A DNA stretch of 62,752 nt, filler included, from Asterionella formosa (Eukaryota), in the NCBI GenBank assembly GCA_002256025.1. It is 16 parts of 16 records of this genome, joined end to end, with 100 filler letters (N's around TTAATTAATTAA, not from the genome) between each part and the next. Parts side by side here need not be neighbours in the genome. Positions count along the whole stretch, not along the records: positions 12,551 to 43,949 come from NKIB01000693.1; 15 more parts are not named here. One strand, 5' to 3'. Shown here one piece after another: positions 23,650 through 34,300 of this stretch. Each line of letters starts with the position of its first letter. Within the stretch, counting starts at the first letter, position 1. Position numbers and translations under genes: made by a program. The notes under the pieces are model-generated. The model worked only from the letters and a program-made list of their open reading frames with translations, did no database searches and was not told the DNA's origin.

Positions 23650-25360
23650 GGGACAACTGCAACTTCTCGACACAAGATATACGGCTATATATTTTTAATC
23701 TTCAAGAAAACGCGCCAATGCTGAGCAATCCTCGTCCAAAAAAGCGACCCGATCCCCTTTTCAACAAGTCTCCAAAATATTGCACTCGGAATTTTTTCGT
23801 GGAGATTGGGAATTTTTACATACATTAGCGTTATCATCGGTTAATATTTGATGTAACTGGATATTATGTCCAACAATTTTCATTTACAAAGTTTGATGAC
23901 AAATGACTTCTGGGAATGAAAACCGAAGGATTCCTTTTTCTATTTTAATTAATCAATCCTTGCAATGTTTCACTATAAACTAGGATTGAACCGGCCCCAA
24001 TTTTCATTATGAAGGCAATATCTTCGTTTTAATGGTGACCGGACTCCTGAAAATATTCATGATTCGTTTCAAAGTGACAGAAAAATGGTTAATCTCAGGT
24101 AACCTTCTTGATTCAACAGAGTGTAATAGGTTGAAATATCTAATATAACGAAAGGAGTGGAAGCCTGTAGCAATAAGATTTTTTTTATCGTAGCAAAGAT
24201 GTTTAATTTTTTTCTCTCTACTGTGGCATCAAAATTCGCGACAAGTGGCAGAACAGCATGGAAATTGAATATTTCGTTCTACAGAGTGGTCAAGGTATTG
24301 CTTTTTTCAAGGTTTTAGAGTACCTATCGATCTTCTTTGGTTGATTTTTCCACCATTGCTTACCTTAGCGAAGAAAAAAACCAAACGATAACATTTTATC
24401 TGGAGTTTCGTTCATCAAATTAAAGGAAAAGTGCATATTGAAGATAAATGGTAATTACAAGCACAACGCGAAGGAGAAAATTGTTTGATGGATATTTTTT
24501 CGATGCCAGTAATATAATCTGAAACCCAAAGAGCTGAAAAGATTGAATGCATGCCGGCTTTATTTGCAAGAAACTACGCTGGTAGACACTTCAGATGGAA
24601 CAGGGAATATCGTCCTCTCGCATTACATGGAAGGTCATAAATTTCGGGATAGACAGAACACATTGGTGTGAACTGATCAAATTTGACCGTCTTCGATGGC
24701 ATGGAGGCTGTGGAAAAAATCCATTAGCAAATGTTTATGCACATTCCCTTAATCAACTAGGTTACGAAATAAGTTGGTGCCATTGGAGGGAAACTACATC
24801 ACGACATCAAAGATAGCGATTTCATTTGGATATTTCTTCGATGATTTTAAAATTCAAAAATTGGGATTTTTTTACAACATCCTCAAAGCCCTTTCTCCGC
24901 GTATGTGTTTTAGGACATTTCAAATGATATTGGAATTACCAGCAATTGTTACCAGTGTCAATAAACACTACTTCAACGGATTATTTTGAATGACACCAGT
25001 GTCAATCAACACTACTATAGCGGATTATATTGAAATTACAGGATACCAATACTAGAGACGTGGAAGCCTTCAACTCCATCCTATGTGAAAGAATAGTTTT
25101 TGTGGGAGTCCATGAGAGGTTTTGAGCTCCCGGAAACATTGAGTGTTTAGGAAGCACTTGTTGGAGGGGCAAATTGTCTTGGCATTTAATGGGTTGTTCA
25201 ATTCTCAGATGACTCAGATGCTGCACATGGTTGGAGATTACATGACAAGAGAACCGAAACTAAAATTTGGGTCATGGATTGCAACCCGTGGTACACAGAA
25301 GACGTCATCAATCCGTCTGGGGGGGTCAGGAGTATGGCAGTGGCCATCCATCTTGTAACT
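23650..25360 (+). mobile_element. Decayed Ambal-like non-LTR retrotransposon (post-RT region and start of RNase H)
   Basis: Broken frames retain LQAQREGENCLMDIF (~24455-24500), KELKRLNACRLYLQETTLVDTSDGTG (~24528-24605) and an RNase-H-like start LLEGQIVLAFNG...KFGSWI...GGSG. Boundaries are approximate. Confidence 0.6.
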
Positions 25361-26789
25361 AACTACTCCTTTGGTGCCAACATCACTCCCATCCAGGATA
25401 TTTTGTCAGTGTGACATTAAGAACCAAGCCTTCGTACTGCAGGATTAAAAAATGGAAGAAATAGGACCATCAGAAAAACTTCAGATAGATTACGATCTAC
25501 CTCAGCTGCCAATGAAACTTGCGAAAAAGTTTATTATTGAGAATATACCACATCAAGTGAAAGCGCTTCAGATGACAAGTGCAAAAATATGAAGAGCTAC
25601 CCTCCTGAGAGAAGAAATTAAACTGTGTCTGTGATTATTAAGCAGCATCAGTCTACGCATGTGCATTTTTCAAGGTACAATACCTAGTTGATATGTCTTG
25701 CCTACCACCCAGCCATTCTGCTATGTTGCAAATTGTGCACAGATATGCTACCACAACCCATGAACCCTTGGCAAATGCAGTGTTATCAAGAAGAAATGGA
25801 GGAATACATTTAGGAAAGCAGGGTAGAATACACATTACATTTATGATATAGTCAAATGGTGAACAATGCAAGATGCCAAGTAAATAAAGCTCAGAAGGTC
25901 AAGAAAATTACAGTTTTCAAATTTGAATTCGATATTCTGGCAACCCTTAGATCGCTGAAGGAAATATGACAAGAGTGACGGATTAAATAAATATATGCCG
26001 ACGCTGTAAATGCTTAACTAAATCAGGATATCAATCATGCAATCCGATTATGCACACTGAGCAGTAAAAGCAACAAGAGGCGTGTTATGTCAATATCATA
26101 AAGGACACGGTCTTAACAGAGTCTTGTGCACATGTCCACCTTCATGGCATCCAAATTTCAAGGGCGCCTTGGCAATGGTTACCAAATTAACAAACCCAAT
26201 GGGAGGGACTAATCCTTTGGACTTTGTTGGCAGAATTAAAGGCGTACACTACCATGGCTGGGGCGGATCAAGCATTCAGAGGGAGACTGAGTAAAAAGTG
26301 GAAGGAAAGGACCATATACTTAGATTACAGCAATGAGAGGAGAATAGGAGAGACATCATTCAGGCAGAACAGTGGAGTGTGATGATTGATGATTATCAAG
26401 CCAAATGTCAAATCATTTTTGTGACACTACAAGAACTTGCTTGGTGCAGATTTCTTGTGATCAATTGGACAAATCATAAACGCCATAATGAAGGACACTT
26501 GGCCTCCTAACAACAGACGCATGTTGTTGCATGTCATTGCTGTCATCAGGCCTGCTGTATAGGAAGGACGATGTATCCCGAATTTCGTGCTGAAACAACA
26601 ACTATGGTAAGGGCCACTGACTGTTCTATTTTTAAATTCAACTATACTTGTTCTCTCCGACCATGCAAGCAGCTTCCCACGTACATTCTTGTCGGAGCAA
26701 AATGTGCTTGGCAGTGTCGTGAGCAGATAGTTGCTGCCCATTCTTCCACCATGCAACCAGTTTTGTTGGTAATTTAACAAGTTGCAATA

Positions 26790-27200
26790 ATGGTAACTGC
26801 TGTTGATCCCTCCTTGCTGCTGTTAGAGATAAAAATGGTGTTTTTGTTGATCAATTTAATTACATAACATGATAAATTTATAAAATTAGCGTTTCTTAAT
26901 GCTGTATCTGCAGCAATACACACATATACATATTTTGAAGCAACAAAAAATGTGTTGCTGGAAGCAACAAAAANNNNNNNNNNNNNNNNNNNNNNNNNNN
27001 NNNNNNNNNNNNNNNNNNNNNNNNNNNNNNNNNNNNNNNNNNNNNNNNNNNNNNNNNNNNNNNNNNNNNNNNNNNNNNNNNNNNNNTGAAGCAACAAAAA
27101 ATGTGTTGCTGGAAGCAACAAACCACCCACCCAGATGTTGGAGAAAGAAAAAATTGTGCTGAGCAACACTTTTAAACTTTTGTATCTCTGTTAAGACCTG
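26790..27200 (-). mobile_element. Second, inverted end of the CAGG-TIR family, with a 24-bp subterminal tandem repeat
   Basis: Ends TTTTGTATCTCTGTTAAGACCTG at 27200 and is homologous in reverse complement to 21408-21670. The scaffold gap at 26974-27086 lies within GAAGCAACAAAAAATGTGTTGCTG repeats. Confidence 0.75.
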
Positions 27201-27289
27201 CCCTCACAGGTATTGAAATCACTGATAGGTTAAAAAACATACGTGCTAGTTAGAAATGTATGGAACCCTTTTATATTATAGTGGCATTA

Positions 27290-28321
27290 TTATTCCTCTT
27301 TGTCGAAAACCTTGACATCCCATACCAACCCAGCAATCTCAAGGGGCTTAATAAATCCCCAATAAGCCACATCCCACCAGCATCGCTTGGCCAAAGTACT
27401 ATGATCATGATGGTCAGCATGGTTTTCTTCTTGCACAATTGCACCAAAAAGGGGATAGAGCAGATCAAGGAACCAAAAAGGTGGATAGTACAAATTTGGT
27501 TTTGCCCGCGAATTAACTGCCTTGCATTTTTTCGGTAGATTAGGAGGGTGATTGCATACATTGAACCATAAGGTTATAGTCTGACAAATCCAAGAGGATG
27601 TATAGGACACAAACAGGCCTTCACGCCCAAAGACAACATAGGCCAATGTCATTTCAATCAAGGAGACTAGAAAAGACCAAGTGTCCAGAATTCTCATGTA
27701 TTTGTCTTCCATATGCTTGGGTGCGAATTCTTCTTCGACCGTATTGTGAGTCATGAAAAAGGCAAATGCATTCTCTGTTCCATCGATGCTGCATGAGTGA
27801 GGATCGCGAGGACCATCGCAAAACTTATGGTGCATCCGGTGCTGCGAGGCCCACCAAATTGGTCCTCCCTGACTAGCTGAGGACGCGATAAACCCCATTG
27901 CGAAGCGTGTGCAAGGACCGCACTTAAATGCCGCGTGCGCTGAATAGCGATGCAAGCATGCCGACATGGGAACCGCAACTTTGTAAATTGCAATCACAAG
28001 TACAGCCATTGCCAGGAACAAGTGATGCTTCATTGAGGCAGCGAGCATCATGGACGTCATGTAAATGGGTACCACAGCAACACAAAAGAGAGTTCGCATT
28101 TGAAATACCGTAACAGCGAGAGTAATGTTCACCAAGATCGCAAGAAGAAAAAGACGAAGAAATTCAGGTTCCAATTTCATGGCGAGAACCACGAGCGGTA
28201 CGGTGATGTTGATACCCATTCCGACTTCGTTCACGTGCATGCCTCCGCGGCTGTACCACGGTTTGTTCGGTGCATCATCATCTGGAGAGCTAGACGTAGT
28301 CGTGGAGGGTGTTGTTGACAT
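27290..28321 (-). CDS. Membrane-bound fatty acid desaturase (delta-9/ADS-like family)
   Basis: 343 aa with three His boxes (HRYSAH, HRMHH followed by DPHS, and HADHH), a QGGPIWW motif, C-terminal WWDVAY and several transmembrane segments. Confidence 0.88.
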   Translation of the reverse strand: MSTTPSTTTSSSPDDDAPNKPWYSRGGMHVNEVGMGINITVPLVVLAMKLEPEFLRLFLLAILVNITLAVTVFQMRTLFCVAVVPIYMTSMMLAASMKHHLFLAMAVLVIAIYKVAVPMSACLHRYSAHAAFKCGPCTRFAMGFIASSASQGGPIWWASQHRMHHKFCDGPRDPHSCSIDGTENAFAFFMTHNTVEEEFAPKHMEDKYMRILDTWSFLVSLIEMTLAYVVFGREGLFVSYTSSWICQTITLWFNVCNHPPNLPKKCKAVNSRAKPNLYYPPFWFLDLLYPLFGAIVQEENHADHHDHSTLAKRCWWDVAYWGFIKPLEIAGLVWDVKVFDKEE

Positions 28322-29653
28322 GGGGCTGTTGCTGAGTACTGATAAGTATAGATTTGATTTGATTCGATTCCGAGAATCTATCTGATTCTGACTAGACGAA
28401 TACGCTGAGAAGTGTGCACTTTCGCAAATAACTTGTAACAGGGTCAGACCAGTTAAGTGACCAATTGATGTAGAATACTGGGCAAGGAAGGCGGCTCGTT
28501 AATGCTTTCTTGCAGCTGTAATCGCTTATGTGTCCTCAAGTGCCAAAGGTTGTTAAGGATGAAATTTGAATTGAGACAGCTGTGGTGAGTTTCGCTCTGG
28601 TGCATCCTGGTTCGCTCTCGGTCGTGTGTACTGGTACAAATCCGATCCGAAGGAAATGTACGTTAAATTCCTCAGGTCCGGTAATACAATACCAGCACCT
28701 GGTACCAGGAGAACCTGTTATTACGCCGTACCTAGCAATGGTAACCCGGGAGCAGGTACAACTATTAACAACCTCCATAGTGAGGAAGCCCCTGGTACCA
28801 GGTACCTTGTAACTGTTCTGCGTGTACCCCCCCTTCAGTACAGCAAAGCAAAGTACATGGAGTAAATAGAACAATTAGTGAGGTGTTCGCTCACTATCAT
28901 TATGCTTAGACTACCGTTACCGGTACTCCTACCAATGACGGATTCCTCGACGCCTCATCTTTCGTGCTCAGAACGGCAGAATTCTGTGAGCAGCCAGCCG
29001 GGGAGCGACATCAGCAGAAGCCGCAAGCATCACCAAAAGGATGCACTCCCACCAGGAAGGTCACGTTATGCGCGCTTTTGCCCGCACATTTTTTGTTTCG
29101 ACTCCCTCCGCCCTGCCGGGCGAGATAGGCTGGCTTTCAATTCCAAACTTTTAAATTTTTTATTATCAATATACCGGCACTTACCTACTATGCCGTTAAA
29201 TTGTAATTCACTGATTCCATGTCCACCTCTTTAAATCCAAATCGTGTTCACACACACCTACCTACCCTTTAAGGTGTTTAATTTGCTTGAAGACGGTTTG
29301 TGATGCTGGTTTAGGAATTTTAAGCAAGTTCTATGTGCAATAGATGCAGTCATGTGATATAATACCAGTATTTGGCGGCATACACATGATTATCTTGATG
29401 ACCGACAGACAGGAATGTTCTGCGGCGTATCACAGCCAACCATAAATTACTTCCTTCGCCGTCTTTGCAGACTTACTTAAAGCAAACTTACACTACCAGT
29501 ATGCTCCATCATCATCACGAAAAACCATGATGGGCTTTCTTCGCTCGGTTTAGGTACCAGGTACCAAGTACAGCAAATGATGATGCAAAAGTAATGCACT
29601 CAACTACCGGTACACAACAACAGCAAGTACCGGTACTTCAATACAAACAAGGA

Positions 29654-31246
29654 ATGGCCACCAAGGAAGAGAAGAGACTCGGAGGAATAGCCTGGGCTGG
29701 TTCGCTGGTAGGGTCCAAGAACCCAAATAATCTCGGATATCGATACTCGCACGAGCACAAGCGCTACAAGAAGACTGGTGATGATGAGACCAACACGGAG
29801 ATTCCAAGCAACATGGTGGTTCTCTTGCAGAACCGCGAAGGCGAAGCGCTTGGGGAACAACTAGATTTGCCAACGAATAGCAGCGTTGATGACCTGAGTG
29901 CCCTAGTTCACTCATTGAAGGACGAGAGTGATGACAAAAGAATTCCTTACTCATTTTATGCCAAAGTTACACGGAACGGAGTTGAAGACGACATTGAAGT
30001 TACCACTACGATCCTTGATCTACTGAAAGATAACAACATATCCACAGAGCAAGTATTGAAGTTGACTTATCAGCCTCTTGCCGTCTTCAGAGTAAGACCA
30101 GTCACCAGATGCACAGATACCATGCCCGGTCACACTGAGGCCATTCTGCATGTTTCATATTCTCCCGACGGAAGTTATCTTGCCAGTGGAGGAGGAGATA
30201 CAACTGTTCGTTTCTGGGACGTTAATACATCTCTTCCAAAATTTACTTGTGCTGGGCACAAGAATCATGTTCTCTGCACCGCGTGGTCTCCTGATGGAAC
30301 CAAATTTGTCAGCGGAGACAAAAACGGTGTTATCATCCTTTGGAACCCGGTCACGGGAAAGGCTATAGGATCACCAAAAAAGGCACATCCAAAATGGATA
30401 ACATCCTTTGCCTGGGAACCTCTTCATGCAAACCCTTCGGGAGAACGACTCGCCACATCCTCGAAGGATAGCACGGTCAAGATCTGGAATACTCGCACAC
30501 AAATGGCGCTCGTCACCCTTAGCGGACATCTGGACAGTGTCGAATGCGTCAAGTGGGGAGGACAAGGTCTTTTGTATACCGCCAGTCGAGATCGAACCAT
30601 CAAGGTATGGACTGCCGATGGAGTCGATCTCGGTAAGCTCGTTAGAACACTCACTGGACATGCCCACCGGATAAATACACTTGCCATTTCCTGTGATTAT
30701 GTTACAAGAACGGGTCCTTATGATCACAGGGGAAAAGTCTATCAGCAAATCGAAGACAAACAGGAAGCTGCAAAGCAGAAGTACGAAGACATGATGGGGG
30801 GAGAACCGGAACGACTTGTGAGCGGTTCGGATGACTTCACCTTGTTCTTGTGGCACCCTAAGGTCGACAAGCATCCCGTCAAGCGAATGACAGGTCATCA
30901 ACAAATTGTGAACCACTTGCAGTTTTCTCCAGATGGAAGATACTTGGCTTCGGCTAGTTTTGACAAGAAAGTGAAGCTATGGAATGGAAAGTCTGGTGAT
31001 TTCATAAGTACTATGACGGGTCATGTTGGTGCTGTATATCAAGTGGCTTGGAGTCCAGATTCAAGATTCTTAGTCAGCGCATCAAAAGATTCAACAGCCA
31101 AGCTTTGGGAAATACCCTCAGGAAAACGAGCAAGAGAAACTTTGCCTGGTCATGCCGATGAAGTGTATGCCTTGGACTGGGCACCAAATGGAGCAAGTCT
31201 TGCCACGGGTAGTAAGGATCGAACAATCAAAATTTGGAAGAATTAG
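29654..31246 (+). CDS. NLE1: Notchless homolog / Rsa4 ribosome assembly factor (NLE domain + WD40 repeats)
   Basis: STEQVLKLTYQPLAVFRVRPVTRC...GHTEAIL, LVSGSDDFTLFLW, LPGHADEVYALDW. The start is probably 29654 (MATKEE), although the ORF opens at 29594. Confidence 0.95.
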   Translation: MATKEEKRLGGIAWAGSLVGSKNPNNLGYRYSHEHKRYKKTGDDETNTEIPSNMVVLLQNREGEALGEQLDLPTNSSVDDLSALVHSLKDESDDKRIPYSFYAKVTRNGVEDDIEVTTTILDLLKDNNISTEQVLKLTYQPLAVFRVRPVTRCTDTMPGHTEAILHVSYSPDGSYLASGGGDTTVRFWDVNTSLPKFTCAGHKNHVLCTAWSPDGTKFVSGDKNGVIILWNPVTGKAIGSPKKAHPKWITSFAWEPLHANPSGERLATSSKDSTVKIWNTRTQMALVTLSGHLDSVECVKWGGQGLLYTASRDRTIKVWTADGVDLGKLVRTLTGHAHRINTLAISCDYVTRTGPYDHRGKVYQQIEDKQEAAKQKYEDMMGGEPERLVSGSDDFTLFLWHPKVDKHPVKRMTGHQQIVNHLQFSPDGRYLASASFDKKVKLWNGKSGDFISTMTGHVGAVYQVAWSPDSRFLVSASKDSTAKLWEIPSGKRARETLPGHADEVYALDWAPNGASLATGSKDRTIKIWKN

Positions 31247-31330
31247 TTGTCCATAGTCTCTGTTCTGTTAAGTTTACAAGCAATCTGAACCTTATGTTAA
31301 CCCTATATCTTGCTGTCATGTAATTGGCCC

Positions 31331-34300
31331 TTATGAAATGAAACTGCTTTCACTCAATGATTCGACCGAAACACTACTGTCGTTTTCACCTTCATCGTCT
31401 TCAAGCCAATTTGGTAGGGTCAATGTGGTGCCGAGCTCGTGTGCCCTGAGTAGCATTTGTCTGTGTACCCCCACGAGGGCAGTCCCTGTCTTCCGAGTCC
31501 TTCGATGCCACTTGCCGCAGTGATGAACGCTTGCTACAGGCGTCTTCTTCGGTCGCTTCCCCTTGAAATTCAGAATAAGGGAGCGCACTTGAGAATCTGA
31601 AGTAGATGGATCGACAAGTTTGGCGCCCACAATTTTTGGTTTGATTTTACCTCGTATTGGAAGATGGACTTGAGTATTCAATAGGTTGTGCTCATCCTCA
31701 ACCTTGTCATCCATAGACCCTGTCAGGGAATCCACAATTGACTGAAGATTCTTAGCACGCTCACGAAATTCTGAATCAGCATCTAGTCCATCCTGAACAG
31801 TGCTACGGAACCTTTCCTGCAAACGTTGAAACCCTTCTTCTAAAAGCGAAACCTGTTGCTTTGTTTCAGCATTCTGTTTTGACAACAATCTGTTCACAAC
31901 GTGAAGCTGTGAAACAAACAAGATAGATGAGAAACCAATTGTTAAACGATAAAAAGAGAACAATGCACGTCGACGAACAAACCTCGCGTAGTTTCCAAGC
32001 AGCCGCTTTTGCGTTATGCATCAAGCGGTCCCTCTCCTTAGCCAATGCAATGGCCTCTTGAGCAAGCTTTTTCCTCTGCAGATCGCCAACACGGTTGCAC
32101 ATGGTATCCATCAAGAGCTTTTGCTCGTTGAGAGATACTTGTAAATCAACACATTTGTTGGCCAAATTTTTGAGATCCCTCCGTAGCTCCTGTTCTCGTC
32201 TTGTATACCGAGTGTTGGAAGCATGTGGTTCGTACTTTTCCTGAATTGTCTCGTCTTTCTTGTTTTGCCAAGGCATTGCTAAACCGAATACTGAGGGGTC
32301 ACCGCTTTGTGAAGCACCTCCTCCTAGGGTGCTCCGGGAGGCTATCGACTGGTCATCAAAGCCACCGGTCCGATGTGGCCTTGCTGTGGCGGCACGTCGT
32401 AACCAGCGGTTGCTACCGCCATCATCGATTCCGTCTTCTAATCCGGCAAGCTCGTCGACTTCTACATCATCCTCTTCAATGGCGGCCCCGGATATTATAA
32501 GACCTGCATCTTCAAGGTAGTCGAAGAACTCTCCTTCCACTGTATCTAAGTTAACTTCGTCACTTTCGATCAAACCTGCATCAATCATGAGAGAGTCAAG
32601 GTCAACCAACCCTGATAAATCAGGTGCACCAGCTATAGTTGAAGTGATCTCAGGGACAGTGATTGGCCTATCCTTGTCGGTATCCTTTCGTAACTTCCAG
32701 CAAAGAGTGCGCATATACCGAAGAAAACATATGGCTTCTCGACACCGGTTTTCGACCACAATCAGTTTGTGCTCTAACTCCGAATGCTTGAGTTCTTTCT
32801 CGCGATTTTCGGTCTGAGCACGGCAAAGTTCTTCTTCCCTTTTTCGCTTCTCTTGGACCAAGAGCTCATTCTGTCGACGCAGGACAACCGATTCACTCTG
32901 AATATCAGTCAACAGACTTTCAGCACGATCGTGTGCCCTAATAACCTCGACTAATTTGTCTGAGGGCATTCGTTTTGCAAGTTCAATAGATAGTGCACGC
33001 CACTTGGGAAGATTTTGAAGCTGTCTTTCATCCTCGCCCATTACAAGAGCCTTTCGGCAGGGATTATGCACAGATTCCTCTTCATCCGCAATCGCTTGGA
33101 TTTTTCGCCACATCGAAATCGAAACGCTCTGCTTGAAAGTTCCATCTCGTTTACTTTCTTGCACTAGGTCTTTCGCAAACTCCTGAACCAAGCTCGAGAG
33201 TTCTCCGAATTTGATCTCAGTTTGTAGCAGCCATTTCCGGTAATCTTCTATTCCAGCATCTTTGTTCATTCTAGGTTTGTTGGTAACACGTCTCACCCGT
33301 TGTCCAAGGCGAATGGAGTTGATCGTTTCCGTTATGTTGTAGGAGCTCGGGGAAGCCGTGATGAAGAAAGTGGTCCTACAATTCCCGCCAAAAGCATCTT
33401 TCAAAATGCTCGTTAACTTGGCCTCTCTATAAGGCACGTACGTATGTCCTTCCGTCAAGCATTTAATAACGTTTCCAAGTGCAGAGAACGATTTATGTAT
33501 GATCTTCGTCTCTTGTACACTTTGCACTTTTGCCTTGGAAGCAACTTCGAAACCAGCCAACTCAGCAAGCTGAAGGTACGATCGACGGACAGCTCCAGAG
33601 CGAATGTGCCGCTGCTCAATATGTAACATGAAGATCGCATGAGATCTGTTTGGATCCATGCTTAGATCATTTCCAATTAATTTTCGACAAGCAGTGCCGC
33701 GTCGGATCAATTGTATGATGTCATCTTCGTTGAAACAGAACGCTTCTACCGCTCCTTCCAAGGCGATTCCAGACGTCATATCAGTAACCAGCAATGTTTT
33801 GTCTAATTTCGGATCAAGTAGGTCAAATATTTTTTCCAAAAAAATTGCAACATATGTGCAGGACAATCGAAATTCAATGTATTCAGGATACTCTTTCATT
33901 CCATGAAACAAATCGTTGATCATTCGCGGAAGAATACCAGCATCTTCTTCTCTTGGCGTTGCAGTAGTTGATATTGAATCCTCGTCACTTGATCCTTCAC
34001 CACGGTCGTCAGCTAGCTCAGGCAACTTCCCTGTCAAGGTATGTGTCTTACCGCTACCACTCAATCCATATGCCAACACAGAACAATTGATTCCTTGAAG
34101 GAGACTGTCAACAAGCGAGGAACCTACTGTTTCATACACATCCTGTTGCGAAGAATCAACATTGAATACGTGATCAAAACTGAAGTCGTATTCGCCATCG
34201 AGTGGCGAATCAACAGTAAACTGCCCATCCCCTTCATGAGCTTCAATGCAACTACGACTCCGCCGGTTCCTTTCGAGTTTGGTCATTGGCCGGAGACGAA

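Noticed and set aside
29594..29653. N-terminal extension of NLE1 from the ATG at 29594
   Set aside because: It overlaps the TACCGGTA-rich intergenic-type sequence; the ATG at 29654 is the more plausible start.
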